Shown: positions 43,551-54,518 of the stretch, one piece after another
Layout: every line of letters begins with the position of its first letter
Numbering within the stretch: the first letter of the stretch is position 1
Assembly: GCA_963754925.1 (NCBI GenBank)
Contig: CAVWHX010000004.1
Span: forward strand, 160,001-224,000
Length of the DNA stretch: 64,000 nt
Reading direction: 5' to 3'
Origin: an uncultured delta proteobacterium
GTDB lineage: Bacteria; Myxococcota; B64-G9
Translations under genes and position numbers: made by a program
The notes under the pieces: generated by a model
What the model was told of the DNA's origin: nothing
The model's database searches: none
Seen by the model: the letters and a program-made list of their open reading frames with translations, nothing else

Positions 43551-44811
43551 TTACAGTATCCGCCAGTACAAAATCTCTTGGCCTGAACTCGTGTTCTTGA
43601 CAACCGTTCTGATAGTCACCTTTGTCTCCCCCACCTCGCCGGTGGCCTGCACGCTGAACGTGTCGGATAATGACGCTACATTTTTCAAAAAACTCTTATC
43701 GAATGACAGACCATTTCCCTGAAGGATGTTCACGATTTAACGTTTTGTCAGGCACCGTGAACGTCATTGATTGCATGAGGTTGCGAACCTCGAAGAACAT
43801 CGCCAACGCTTCGAGCACCTTGGGCAAACCCGGGGCGCTGCACAGCGTAACATTCTCGGGTTGCATGCAAATGAGTGAGAGCATCACGACGGGATCATTG
43901 ACCGAGCTCAGGTTTACCAATAGATTCGGATCAGAGTAGACGGTGAATTTATCGCCAAACTCCTGCATGAAGGCATCGCTCACCCCGCGAATAAGATGCA
44001 GCTCGTCAACGGTCACGAAAGGACCGTTCTTGGTCTTATAGGGATCTTTGAGAGTATCATAGCGCGAATCTTCAGCAGCAACCCCGGGGGTGAAAAGACT
44101 ACCGGCTAGCTGCGAGAAGGGAGCGCGAAGCAGCAAATCCTGGTTTAAACTGTCCATGGTCGTGTTGAGGTCGATCCAATCGTGCATCCCCATCACGACA
44201 TCGACGGGGGTGTTGTACTGTCCATCGGCATCGGGGTTTTCAAACATCAGGGCGTATTTCTTATTACCAATAAGAGTGAGAATCTCTGCGGCCGTGGGCC
44301 CCGCGTAGGTGGGAATACTATTGAGTGCGTTGACATTGATTTTGGCGTACTCGTCCTCGATCGCCGCATGAAAGCTGCCGTCGAATTTACCAAAGCCGTG
44401 CTTACCGCCCAGGTTCAGGCCCTTCATGCCAAAGGTCTCGCCGATCTCGCCGGATGTTAAGGCCTTTGCCAGATCGCTCTCAATCGGGAATATCTGATAC
44501 AGCTTGATGGTCCCACCGCCGACTAATTGTTTTATTTGTGGTGGTAGGTTGCCCATCATGCTATCCAGCTGGCCCTGGTAATAGAGGATCAACCGCGCTA
44601 CGTTCGTTGCCGAACGAGCCAGGTAGTACGCTTTGACCCGGTCGCGCACATTAGCGGCCATCTGCACCTCAACGCGCGTCTGATAGACAAATTCAGCCAC
44701 CACCGCGGTGAGCACCGCCATGGTGACCAGCACCATCAAGAGCGCTATGCCGCGCTCCGAGCGCAATGATTGCGAAAGCTGCTTTCGCAGCGTATGCCGT
44801 TTTAAGCGCAT
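43551..44811 (-). CDS. gspK: Minor pseudopilin GspK (frameshift at ~43737)
   Basis: RG|IALLMVL, KINVN, ELHLIRGV; C-terminal FSVQATGEVG...ILYWR in the next frame. Confidence 0.87.
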
Positions 44812-44813
44812 GG

Positions 44814-45506
44814 TTATGATTTGATCCAATTCATGAGCGGTTTAAGGGTGAAGATGCGCGCGATGGTGGAGAGTTTTATTTGATTATCGTGGCCCTCCGC
44901 CGCCACGAGCTTGATGCGCACGAGCCGCGGTAATTGGTTCTGTCTCTCGACCCGGCTACAGTCCCAATCGTCCACCCAATCGTTTTTCACGTTGTCCCAA
45001 AAATCAAACCGCAACTCTTTGATGTCGGGGCAGAGCACCTGTGTCTCGCCGCCCTCCTCGGGCTGACCGTCAATGCGCGCTTTTTCCCGACGCATGAGAT
45101 TATACTGCGAGGAATGCCTGGGGTCGCCCTCGCCGAAGTAACTGAGCACATTCTGGTCTGATTCGTGCACATCCTTAAAGAGGCGCAGGTGTGAAAACGA
45201 GGTGAAGGTAAGCTTATCAAATTTACCTTCGTGCTCGAGCTTGAAGAGCGTTTGCTGGCGACGCTCGCCCGTCGGAGTGTTGAGTTGCTGGCAGTTGTAG
45301 ACAAACGCCATCGATATTTCACGGGCCATACGCTCAAGCGCCACCCGCAGACCATGATACCGTTCCTGCGATTGTGTCACTTGCTCGCGCACGTCGAAGG
45401 TCCGCGCGAACGCACCATAAATGAGGCTTGAGATGATCACCACAATCGATAGGGCGATCAGTACCTCAACCAGCGTGAAGCCCAACTGTTTCAGTGCAGC
45501 GTTCAT
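44814..45506 (-). CDS. gspJ: Minor pseudopilin GspJ
   Basis: G|FTLVEVLIA, REISMAF, LPRLVRI. Confidence 0.88.
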   Translation of the reverse strand: MNAALKQLGFTLVEVLIALSIVVIISSLIYGAFARTFDVREQVTQSQERYHGLRVALERMAREISMAFVYNCQQLNTPTGERRQQTLFKLEHEGKFDKLTFTSFSHLRLFKDVHESDQNVLSYFGEGDPRHSSQYNLMRREKARIDGQPEEGGETQVLCPDIKELRFDFWDNVKNDWVDDWDCSRVERQNQLPRLVRIKLVAAEGHDNQIKLSTIARIFTLKPLMNWIKS

Positions 45507-45524
45507 GAAGTATCAAGCGCTCCC

Positions 45525-46286
45525 TTATGGAAGGGACGGCAACGCGCTCCCCGCCGGATTCGGCAAATTCAAACCAGGTCCACCCGTCGAAGGTGTTAAT
45601 GCCGGTTGGGCACCGGCCGCCGCCGACGCCTGAGGTATATTAACGATATGGGTGGTCACCACCAACTGTCTCCCGGGGCCGCCCTCTCCCCACTCGACGG
45701 TAAGCTGCATCTCCCGCAACTGCTCTTCGAGCTGTTTGGAAATCATTTCTGCGCTGCCCCCGAGCGTGCTCATAGCCGCACTCGTCATTCCTCCGGCGCC
45801 ACCCGCCTGGCCGAGGGCGGAAGCCGAGGTCCCGCCAAGCAGCCCCGCTAGTCCGCCACCGCTGGAGCCTAAGAGATTTCCAACAGATCCGCCCAAGGCT
45901 TTCTCGAGAGCCTCACTTTTTTTATCGTCTTTGCTGCTGCGGTCACTCAGGAGGTAATTGAGCGCGTCTCCGATCGGCAGCTCTATTTTACGGACCTCCA
46001 TCTTCCAGCGATAGCCGGGGTAGCCAGATTCTTCAAAGGTTCCTTTCGTAACGTCAGACTCGACGGGGAATCCATCCTTGATAAGCTTCTCCTCGGTCTG
46101 CTCGAGCTTGGCCTGCGCGAGAAACGCGGCCACGGTCACCTGGCGGCCATAGGTGCTCAAGCGTATCGAGCCGCTGAGCGTCTGGAGCAGTGCGACGTAG
46201 GCGGTCGCCAAGATTCCCAGGGCCACGAGAACCTCCAGCAAGGTGAAACCCGCTTGGCCTAAGCCGGTCGCCTGCGATAGCTTCAT
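45525..46286 (-). CDS. gspI: Minor pseudopilin GspI
   Basis: G|FTLLEVLVA, GYRW, Gly/Ser-rich insert; position in cluster. Confidence 0.8.
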   Translation of the reverse strand: MKLSQATGLGQAGFTLLEVLVALGILATAYVALLQTLSGSIRLSTYGRQVTVAAFLAQAKLEQTEEKLIKDGFPVESDVTKGTFEESGYPGYRWKMEVRKIELPIGDALNYLLSDRSSKDDKKSEALEKALGGSVGNLLGSSGGGLAGLLGGTSASALGQAGGAGGMTSAAMSTLGGSAEMISKQLEEQLREMQLTVEWGEGGPGRQLVVTTHIVNIPQASAAAGAQPALTPSTGGPGLNLPNPAGSALPSLP

Positions 46287-46290
46287 CACG

Positions 46291-46950
46291 TTACTCCTCC
46301 GGGAGGTATTCCGGCGTAACGCTGACATGGCCCGTCAGCGGTTCAACCATCAAGGTGAAGATGTTATTGCTGGTGTCGGTCAGATAGATCGCCGCCCGCT
46401 CGGTCATCCCGGTTGGAAAACAATACAGATAGGCCATCCCCGCCATGACGCGTTCCTTTTGATGAGCCACCCAAACTCCCTTGAACGAGATCTCATCCGG
46501 CAGCGATTGCTTCTTGGTCAGCGGCCCGGCGAAGGCCGCGAACGTAGGCGGCCCCTTGGGTTTCCAAACGTCGCCGTTTTCGAACATCGAGCGGGTAACA
46601 AAGCGTCGCGAGTGCTCCCGCTGTTGGTCCTCGGCCTTGATCATGCCTTCGCGCACTTCCTCTTTATCGCGCACCAACAAAAACTCGGACGAGGAACTCT
46701 CGACCCAATAGGCTTTTTTATCGAGGTCGAACGCCAGACGGAAAGCGGCATTCTTGCGTCCGGCGAGCTCATAGGTATAGCGGATCGCGCCCGCAAGTTT
46801 GGAGGCGCTTGTCCTGAGGTTCGCGTGGGTGATGTTGGCAAGTGTCAGCGAGGCCACCAATAGGGTAAGGCCGATAATGAGCAGCGTTATGCTGAGCTCG
46901 ATTAACGTCATGCCCTGCCGGGCCCGAAGTTGCTTCCACCGTTTCTTCAC
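46291..46950 (-). CDS. gspH: Minor pseudopilin GspH
   Basis: G|MTLIEL, FPTG, PLTGHV. Confidence 0.8.
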   Translation of the reverse strand: MKKRWKQLRARQGMTLIELSITLLIIGLTLLVASLTLANITHANLRTSASKLAGAIRYTYELAGRKNAAFRLAFDLDKKAYWVESSSSEFLLVRDKEEVREGMIKAEDQQREHSRRFVTRSMFENGDVWKPKGPPTFAAFAGPLTKKQSLPDEISFKGVWVAHQKERVMAGMAYLYCFPTGMTERAAIYLTDTSNNIFTLMVEPLTGHVSVTPEYLPEE

Positions 46951-46999
46951 AACGCTTCTCCGCCGTATCGATCCATCGCGCCGGTACCGCCGTTTACAC

Positions 47000-47404
47000 C
47001 TACTCCGCGAAAATATCCTTATCGAGACCTTCGCCCCCCGAGACGCCGTCGGCGCCGTACGATTTCAAGGTGTACTTGCTGGCACTTTCTCGGATGTATT
47101 CGAAGTCCTTCTTCCAACCGTCCTTCGGCACGCTCTTAATGATTTGCTTGGTTGCCAGTTCTTGCAAGCCCTGCTCGGTACTGGGGTAGGAGCCAAACTG
47201 GATCTTGTACGCATCCAGAGCTTGGACCAAGTTCTGTATCTGGATCTTGGTTGTATCCGCCTTGGCTTGTTCCAAGTAGCGAATAAAGGTGATGGTGACG
47301 ACCGTCGCCATCATTCCCAAGATGGCAACCACCACCATTATCTCAATCAAGGTCATACCGCGCTCGGTACGAGCTAATCGACGGGCCAATTTATTTCGTG
47401 TCAT
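47000..47404 (-). CDS. gspG: Major pseudopilin GspG
   Basis: G|MTLIEIMVV, YPSTEQGL, KDGW, SYGADG. Confidence 0.92.
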   Translation of the reverse strand: MTRNKLARRLARTERGMTLIEIMVVVAILGMMATVVTITFIRYLEQAKADTTKIQIQNLVQALDAYKIQFGSYPSTEQGLQELATKQIIKSVPKDGWKKDFEYIRESASKYTLKSYGADGVSGGEGLDKDIFAE

Positions 47405-47442
47405 TTTCCGCTCCTCCTTCAAGGAAGCATCCGTACCTGACC

Positions 47443-48672
47443 TCACCTCACGAATTCATTCAGCTTTAAGATCGGCAGCAAAATAGAGAACACCATAAAA
47501 CCAATTGCGCCTCCCATGATCACGATAATCAGGGGTTCGAGAAGGGTGGTCAGCATGCTGATGCGGGTTTCGGCCTGGTTTTCGTAAGCAGTCGCAACAT
47601 TGTTGAGCATCTCTTCCAACTGGCCCGAGCGCTCGCCGATGGCGATCATGTGCACCACCAGCGGCGGGAATTCGCCGCTGCGCTTGAGCGGCGCGGCTAT
47701 GCTCTCGCCCTCCTTTATACTGTCGCGGGCTTCGTCGATGGCCGCCGAGAGCACTCGGTTGTTGACGATGCTGCGCACGATGTCCATGGCTTTAAGCAGC
47801 GGCACGCCGCTGCGTAATAACGTGGCGAGCGTCTTGGAAAAACGCGCCACCGAGAGCATGCGTACGATCTCGCCAACGACCGGCATGTCGAGCTTGAACC
47901 GATCAAATCGCAAACGGCCGTGATCGGTTTTGAGATACCGTCTCAGCGCGATAATGCTGATTACCACCACGGCGAGTACGAGGTACCAAAATTGGTTGAG
48001 GAAGTTACTCATCCCCAGCAGAATCCGGGTGGGTAGCGGCAAGGTCGCTTTAAGATCCTCGAAGATCTGGGTTATCTTGGGAATGACCACGACCAATAAA
48101 AGCGACAGGATTCCAATCGCCACCACCACCATGACGGCCGGGTATGCCAGCGTGCCGATAACTTTGGAGCGTAGCCGCGCCTGGCTCTCGGTGAAGTCGG
48201 CCAGGCGGGTGAGCACGACGTCCAGGGCGCCGGAGGACTCCCCGGCGCGCACCATGTTGCAGTAGAGATCCGGGAAGACTTTGGGATGCTGAGCCATGGC
48301 ATCGGCCAGCGACGAACCCTCGTTAACGCGTTGCTTAATCTGAGAGAGCGCCAACTTGAGCTGTTCGTGCTCGACCTGCTCGACCATGGCGGTGAGGCTT
48401 TCTACGAGGGTCACGCCGGCATGGAGAAGCGTAGCCAGCTGACGGGTGACGATGGCGAGATCCTGGGCAGAGACCCGCTGGCGTAACCGCTTGCCGATAT
48501 TGTACTCAACACCTTTTTTTTGATCCTCGCCTTCAGTATGCTGCTCAACTTCGGTCAAAAAGACGTCTTCCTTGCGTAGGAGGCTGCGCAAGCCACGGGG
48601 ACTGTCGGCGTCGCGAATGCCGCTGACGGTCTTGCCGGCTGAGGTTAATCCTTTATAACGATAAACAGCCAT
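47443..48672 (-). CDS. gspF: T2SS inner-membrane platform GspF
   Basis: TRQLATLL, AGESSGALD, GERSGQL, LEPLII. Confidence 0.95.
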   Translation of the reverse strand: MAVYRYKGLTSAGKTVSGIRDADSPRGLRSLLRKEDVFLTEVEQHTEGEDQKKGVEYNIGKRLRQRVSAQDLAIVTRQLATLLHAGVTLVESLTAMVEQVEHEQLKLALSQIKQRVNEGSSLADAMAQHPKVFPDLYCNMVRAGESSGALDVVLTRLADFTESQARLRSKVIGTLAYPAVMVVVAIGILSLLLVVVIPKITQIFEDLKATLPLPTRILLGMSNFLNQFWYLVLAVVVISIIALRRYLKTDHGRLRFDRFKLDMPVVGEIVRMLSVARFSKTLATLLRSGVPLLKAMDIVRSIVNNRVLSAAIDEARDSIKEGESIAAPLKRSGEFPPLVVHMIAIGERSGQLEEMLNNVATAYENQAETRISMLTTLLEPLIIVIMGGAIGFMVFSILLPILKLNEFVR

Positions 48673-48705
48673 GCATCGTATCCTCACGGTCCCGTGCGAG
48701 AGGCA

Positions 48706-50415
48706 CTAAACGGTGTCCTCCTGGGTAACCCGGAGTACCTCCTCCATGGTGGTGATGCCGTGGACAACCTTATCGGCGCCATCGTCGCGCAGAGTTTTCA
48801 TGCCACGCTTCACCGCTGCCTTTTTGATCGTGCCAGAGTCGACGTTTTTCAAAACCATCTGGCGAATTTCGTCGTTGACCAGCAACAACTCGTAGATCCC
48901 GGTACGACCGTAGTAGCCGGTTTTGAAGCACTTGGCACAACCGGTTGCCGCGAAAACCTTTTTGGGTAGCGCGTCGGTTTCGTAGTGCTCTCCGAGCTCG
49001 GCCCATTCCTCGCGGGTAGGGCTCACCTCTTGTCGGCAATGCGGACAGACGATTCGCACCAGGCGTTGAGCTAGAATCGCCAGCAGCGAGGAGGCCACCA
49101 GGAACGGTTCCACACCCATGTCCACCAATCGCGTCACCGCCGACGCCGCATCGTTGGTGTGAACGGTGGAAAACACCAAATGGCCGGTGAGCGATGCCTG
49201 TATGGCAATCTCGGCGGTGGGCAAGTCGCGAATCTCGCCGACCATGATGATATCCGGATCCTGCCTTAGGAACGAACGCAAAACGTTGGCGAAGGACAAG
49301 TCGATCTTCTCGTTGACGTGGATCTGGCTGATGCCCGGCAACTGGTACTCGACCGGATCCTCGACCGTCAGAATGTTGACCTCTGACGTATTGATCTTGG
49401 AAAGCGCTGCGTACAGGGTGGTCGTCTTGCCGCTGCCGGTGGGTCCCGCTACCAGGATGATGCCGTGGCTCTTGTTGATGATCTGATTCATCACCATCAA
49501 GTTGGCTTCGTTGAAACCGATTTCGCTCAGGTCCAACAGGACCGACGATTTATCCAGCAGACGCATGACCACCCGTTCGCCGAAAATGGTGGGGATGGTG
49601 GAGAGGCGAATGTCGATATCCTTGCCGGCTATCTTGATGCGAATGCGCCCGTCCTGGGGGAGCCGTTTTTCGGCGATGTTCAATCCGCCCATGATTTTAA
49701 TGCGCGAGATGATGCTCGCCTGAAAACGCTTCTGGGTGCGCAGAATTTCATACAACACGCCGTCGCGCCGAAAACGCACGGAGATATCGCGCTCCTGTGG
49801 TTCGAGGTGGACATCGCTGCAGCGTTCCTTGACCGCTTGAAAAAGCAGCGAGTTGACCAGCCGGATAATCGGCGCTTCGTCGGAAGCGTCGAGCAGGTCC
49901 TTTGGCTCTTCCAATTCGTGGGCCAGCGTGTCGAGGCTGGTTTCTTCGAGATCGTCGACCAATGCTTCAGCTTCGCCGGCGCTTCGGTCATAGATACGGT
50001 TGATGCTCTCAAGGATAGCCTGCCCATCGGCCAGCACCGGACGAATCGGACGATGCAGCAAAACCCGCAACTCGTCGAGCGCAAAGGTGTTGAGCGGATC
50101 GGCCACCGCCACTATCACCTCATCCGCGTCCGCGCGCAGCGGCATAACCATGTGCTGTTTTGCAAAGTTGATCGGCACGGTGCTCACCAGCTCGCTATTC
50201 ACACTAGCGCTATCGATCTCTTCGAGTAACGGGAGGTCGAGTTGTTCGCTCAGAGCGCGCAGAACATCGTGGGGCGTGGCCGCTTTCATCGAAACTAAGA
50301 TCTCGCCTATGCGTCCGCCGCGTTCCTGCTGATGCGCAAGCGCCTCGTCGATAGTCTCCTGAGTGAGGCTATTGTGATCCTGAAGGATATCGCCTAATTT
50401 TCGTAAAAGGCCCAT
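48706..50415 (-). CDS. gspE: T2SS ATPase GspE
   Basis: GPTGSGKTT, EDPVEY, LRQDPD, TGHLVFSTVH, CxxC pairs. Confidence 0.95.
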   Translation of the reverse strand: MGLLRKLGDILQDHNSLTQETIDEALAHQQERGGRIGEILVSMKAATPHDVLRALSEQLDLPLLEEIDSASVNSELVSTVPINFAKQHMVMPLRADADEVIVAVADPLNTFALDELRVLLHRPIRPVLADGQAILESINRIYDRSAGEAEALVDDLEETSLDTLAHELEEPKDLLDASDEAPIIRLVNSLLFQAVKERCSDVHLEPQERDISVRFRRDGVLYEILRTQKRFQASIISRIKIMGGLNIAEKRLPQDGRIRIKIAGKDIDIRLSTIPTIFGERVVMRLLDKSSVLLDLSEIGFNEANLMVMNQIINKSHGIILVAGPTGSGKTTTLYAALSKINTSEVNILTVEDPVEYQLPGISQIHVNEKIDLSFANVLRSFLRQDPDIIMVGEIRDLPTAEIAIQASLTGHLVFSTVHTNDAASAVTRLVDMGVEPFLVASSLLAILAQRLVRIVCPHCRQEVSPTREEWAELGEHYETDALPKKVFAATGCAKCFKTGYYGRTGIYELLLVNDEIRQMVLKNVDSGTIKKAAVKRGMKTLRDDGADKVVHGITTMEEVLRVTQEDTV

Positions 50416-50463
50416 GCTTCTGTACCTTCATTCATTGATTGCCACCCTAACGGTGAAGCATTC

Positions 50464-53280
50464 TCACTCAACCTCCAACCGCTCTGCGGGGGATGGTTCA
50501 ACCTTCTCATCGGGAGCAACCGGCGCAGCCTCTTCGGGAGTAACCGGTGCCGGAACAACGCTTGAATTCTCACCGGGAGCCGACGGCGCAGCGGCAGGAG
50601 CGGCCTTCTCATCAGGCGTTGGTTTGGACTCAGGAGCGGATTTATTCTCCGCAGGGGGCTTCTCATCGGGTGCAGACTTGGTTCCCTCGGCAGCCGGTTT
50701 ATTCTCATCCAGAGTCTTTACAGATTGGGCCGTTGGCGTGATAAGAACCTCGGTGCCGACGCCCGGCCCGCCGTTTTCGGTGCGCTGGAGCTCCTGACGG
50801 AGAACCAGATGCATGTCCGCCAGGGGGCCATGTTTGCGCCGATAATCCACAAACGACTGGTAGTCCTTGCCGGCGTTGTAAAACTTCTCGAGAAACTCCT
50901 TGCGCTCGCGGATCTTGCGCTCGAAGATTACTTTGAAATCCGCCGCAGACTCGATCACGTAGGGGGTCAGAAACAGCAATAAATTAGTCTTGCTCTTTGC
51001 CACGTTCCTGTTTCGGAAGAAGAACCCAATCACCGGGATATCGCCCAAGAGGGGGATCTTGGTCTCGGTTACATTGATCGAATCGCGTATGAGTCCGCCC
51101 ACCACGACGGTTTGCTGGTCTTGTACCACCACCACGGTTTTGGCCGAACGTTTGGTGGTGGTTGGACCATAGACGCCGCCTTGGTCTTTGACGTCACTGA
51201 GTTCTTCTTCCAGCTCCATACGGATATAGTTGCCTTTGTTAATTTGGGGTTTGATTTTTAGGACGAGCCCGACATCCTGGCGCTGGATCGAAGCCATTCC
51301 CAACCCGCCCAAACCGGACAACCCGGACAGGGCCGAGGTGGTCCCTGTCGTGCTGGTATTCGTCAGCGAGGACAGACCCGCCAGCGAGCCGAGGCTGCTG
51401 CCATACGGGCTGTAGCCAGCCGGAATCGGAATGTTGTCGCCAACCTTGATTTCTGCTTGCTCATTATCGGAGGTCAGGATATGCGGGGTGCTGATCACAT
51501 TTACGTTTGAGTCGGTTTGCAACGCCTCGAGCATGACGCCGAACGAGGGCAGGCTAAGACCCGCGGCACCGAGAATGTTCTGAGAGGAAGTGGATGCAAG
51601 GGTAGGGCCTTGCAACCCGCTGACAAAACCCAGCAGACTGAGGTCATTGGTAAGCGAGATTGAGTTGAAGTTCGTCGAACCCTGAACTTTATACTGCGTA
51701 CCGAAAAACAGCGGGACGGTATCGCCGTTGATCTTAGCCGAAGTACCGCCGTGGAAGGCAAACCCCGTATCGCGCGTGGAGTCGATATTAACCTCCATCA
51801 ACACGGCCTCGACAAAGACTTGACGGCGCGGGATGTCGAGTTTCTTGACCACCTGAATCAAGCTCATGAAATCATGTTTACTGGCCATCACGACCAGCGA
51901 GTTGGTGGACTTAGCACTGGTGACTTTGACTTCACCTTGGAAAAGCTCGGCGGCCTTCGCCCCCGGCATGCCGGTCGCTCCGGGAGGCTGCGTCGTCGTC
52001 TTGGAGCGCGTGGCGCTTCCTTGAGCCAGGGCGGTCAACGTGGAAGCTATCTCCTCGGCATTGGCGTTCTCCAGATAAATGACCTGAAGCTGGTCACCCC
52101 CGGCGACGGGCACATCCAATTGATCGATCACCTGTCGAATCTGGGGGAAGGAACGCGAGCTGGCCACCACTATCAACTTGTTGGTTCGCTCATCCGGAAT
52201 TATCTTCGACACCCGTACCGCCTCTTCACCGCCTTCTCCCTCCGGCTGGGCGCCCGGTACACCCGGAAGCCGAACCGGCTGGATATGCGGCGTCACCTGT
52301 CCACCCGGGCCCGGGGTGCCTGTCTTAGACTTGTCGCCAAAAATTTCAAGGAGCTTGGGTGAAAGATCGTTGACCACTGCAAACTTCAATTGAATGACGC
52401 GGATTTCCTCTTGTCCTTGAGGGGTATCGAGTTGGTTTATAATCTGCATTAAGCGGACGATGTTCGATGCGGTGTCAGAGATGATCAGGAGGTTGGTCGG
52501 CGTATACGGGTAGCAATCGCCATCCTTGGTGGTCAGTTGTTTCATGGTGGCGCTGACCGTATTGGCGTCGCTATACTTGAGCTGCACCAACCTGGTGACC
52601 ATCTGATCGAGCGATGGCATGGTGACTTCATTGCCGAGATACGTTGGAATCGTGTCCTTAATCGAGTCGCGCTTCATTTGAATCTTATAGAACCGTCCTA
52701 TCTTGATCACCGTCATGCTGTTGACGTTGAGGGCCGACAAAAAAGCCCGGTAGGCTTCATCGGCGGTTACCGGCGTGGCCGACAAGATCGTGAGTTTGCC
52801 GCCGCGGACGCTATCGCTCAAGATGAAGTTCCTGCAGGTCTGTTCGCTGATCCAGCGCACAATGTCGACAATCTCGGCCTCGGGGAAATTCATTTGCACC
52901 CGGGCATTAGGCGGCATGGGTTTGCATTTTTTTTCAGCTTCCTTGGGCACACCTTTATCGTCAACCTCGCCGCCGGGTCCTTTCGGCGCAATCGGCGTTT
53001 TGCCCGGTACCTCTACCGGTGCGACCATCCGAAGCTTTTGTGCGGCGGCATCCGGCGGTTTCGGAGGTGAAGACGGAACCCCTGGCCGTACCTGCGGCAT
53101 TCGTGCATCAGCCGGCCCGCCCGGTGCGCCCGTCGGTTGCTCAGGAGGAACGTTGGGTCCCGGTAGCGGCGGTTTCTGAGGAACCGTTGCCTGGGCAATG
53201 AATGACTCCGATGCGCCCGGAACGTCTCGTTGAGGACTCACACCCAGAAGGAGCAGACAGAAAATAAGAGACGTGCTCAT
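50464..53280 (-). CDS. gspD: T2SS secretin GspD
   Basis: N0-N3 repeats (DERTNKLIV), LDIPRRQVFVEA, KIPLLGDIP; Pro-rich termini. Confidence 0.95.
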   Translation of the reverse strand: MSTSLIFCLLLLGVSPQRDVPGASESFIAQATVPQKPPLPGPNVPPEQPTGAPGGPADARMPQVRPGVPSSPPKPPDAAAQKLRMVAPVEVPGKTPIAPKGPGGEVDDKGVPKEAEKKCKPMPPNARVQMNFPEAEIVDIVRWISEQTCRNFILSDSVRGGKLTILSATPVTADEAYRAFLSALNVNSMTVIKIGRFYKIQMKRDSIKDTIPTYLGNEVTMPSLDQMVTRLVQLKYSDANTVSATMKQLTTKDGDCYPYTPTNLLIISDTASNIVRLMQIINQLDTPQGQEEIRVIQLKFAVVNDLSPKLLEIFGDKSKTGTPGPGGQVTPHIQPVRLPGVPGAQPEGEGGEEAVRVSKIIPDERTNKLIVVASSRSFPQIRQVIDQLDVPVAGGDQLQVIYLENANAEEIASTLTALAQGSATRSKTTTQPPGATGMPGAKAAELFQGEVKVTSAKSTNSLVVMASKHDFMSLIQVVKKLDIPRRQVFVEAVLMEVNIDSTRDTGFAFHGGTSAKINGDTVPLFFGTQYKVQGSTNFNSISLTNDLSLLGFVSGLQGPTLASTSSQNILGAAGLSLPSFGVMLEALQTDSNVNVISTPHILTSDNEQAEIKVGDNIPIPAGYSPYGSSLGSLAGLSSLTNTSTTGTTSALSGLSGLGGLGMASIQRQDVGLVLKIKPQINKGNYIRMELEEELSDVKDQGGVYGPTTTKRSAKTVVVVQDQQTVVVGGLIRDSINVTETKIPLLGDIPVIGFFFRNRNVAKSKTNLLLFLTPYVIESAADFKVIFERKIRERKEFLEKFYNAGKDYQSFVDYRRKHGPLADMHLVLRQELQRTENGGPGVGTEVLITPTAQSVKTLDENKPAAEGTKSAPDEKPPAENKSAPESKPTPDEKAAPAAAPSAPGENSSVVPAPVTPEEAAPVAPDEKVEPSPAERLEVE

Positions 53281-53301
53281 GGTAGAAAGGTCTCCGAACT
53301 A

Positions 53302-54225
53302 TTAGCGGATTTGATAGCTCAATGTTTGCTTCTGACCTTGTCGAGTTAGTTCGACTTCGATCGAGTCTGAAGTTTTGAGTTTTTGATAGACTTCCAACGC
53401 CTTATCGGGGCTGTTCATAGGAAAGCCATTGATCTTTTGAACCACATCGCCGTTTTCGATGCCCATTTTGCTATAGAGCGAGTCAGGCCGAATTGCGAAA
53501 AGTTTAAACCCATCGGCTTCACCGTTGGTAAAGGATGGCACAATCCGGGCCTGCATGGCGATGGTATTAAGATTGGCCAGGGTCTTGTCGATCTCGCTGC
53601 GATCGATAGCGTATCTATTAGTCCCGAGCTGCCTGACATTGATGGAATCATCACCGCTCCCGTCCGTCTTCGGCACGCCACGGGCCGCTGCGACCTTGAC
53701 ACCCTTGGCGCCTTTTTCCTGAAGCTCGATATATTCATGCACGCCGTTTCGCTGCACGTATACTCGCAGGGAGTAAATACCCGAGACGGTGGCTTCACCC
53801 ATAAGGGCATCGCCGACGCGATAGATGTTGGTCTGTGAACTGGTCTGATCCGTTATGACCGCCATCGACCACCGCATCTCACTGGCAACAATCGTACCGA
53901 CCAGCGTTGCTCGGAGGTTACTCTGCTGTCCCTCCTTGAGGAGGTTTTGGCCATTGATATCATTCAAGGCTGGGCCGTTGAGAGTATCCTTTTTCAGCGC
54001 CATAGCCGAACCAAAGTAATTACGATCAAGAATGACCTTGTTGTCCTCGACCTGGGGTTTTGGGCTGCTTGCGGGACGCCCCTTTTGAGCAGTCTGAGTC
54101 ATGCTTGGAATCGAACGCATTTTGACCGCAACCACGGCGTTTATTGCGTTTGACAACAACCATGCGGCCACGGCTATGAATAACAGGTTTGTCGTCCAAA
54201 AGTATTTCTTGATCAGGGCGTCCAT
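53302..54225 (-). CDS. gspC: T2SS protein GspC (HR + PDZ)
   Basis: TM, LVGT, GFKLFAIRP, GIENGDVV. Confidence 0.9.
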   Translation of the reverse strand: MDALIKKYFWTTNLLFIAVAAWLLSNAINAVVAVKMRSIPSMTQTAQKGRPASSPKPQVEDNKVILDRNYFGSAMALKKDTLNGPALNDINGQNLLKEGQQSNLRATLVGTIVASEMRWSMAVITDQTSSQTNIYRVGDALMGEATVSGIYSLRVYVQRNGVHEYIELQEKGAKGVKVAAARGVPKTDGSGDDSINVRQLGTNRYAIDRSEIDKTLANLNTIAMQARIVPSFTNGEADGFKLFAIRPDSLYSKMGIENGDVVQKINGFPMNSPDKALEVYQKLKTSDSIEVELTRQGQKQTLSYQIR

Positions 54226-54271
54226 CTACCCTCCTTCAAAAACACAACCCAAAGTATTCGGTTATATATAC

Positions 54272-54443
54272 AGCAATCCTCATGCCAACAAGATGCGCAA
54301 TGTTGCACCCGCGGTATTATGTAACATATTGATAATGAATAATATATCTAATTCGAGTATTGGGGGTTTTCTCTATCACAAAGATTGACTGACAAATTGA
54401 CAACAATTGCCGGGCAACGATAAAACCTCTGACAAATTGTCAG
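54272..54443 (-). promoter_or_regulatory. Sigma54 promoter of the gsp operon with IHF site and two enhancer-like palindromes
   Basis: TGGCAT-GAGGA-TTGCT at 54272-54287; TATCAA-TATG-TTA at 54322-54334; CTGACAAATTGACAA at 54389-54403 and CTGACAAATTGTCAG at 54429-54443. Confidence 0.75.
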
Positions 54444-54518
54444 CAATTAATCATTTCCCGATTTGAACTCTGAAGGGGTTGATTGCGTTCGCGAGATTTT
54501 CTTTGTACAACGGGTTAA

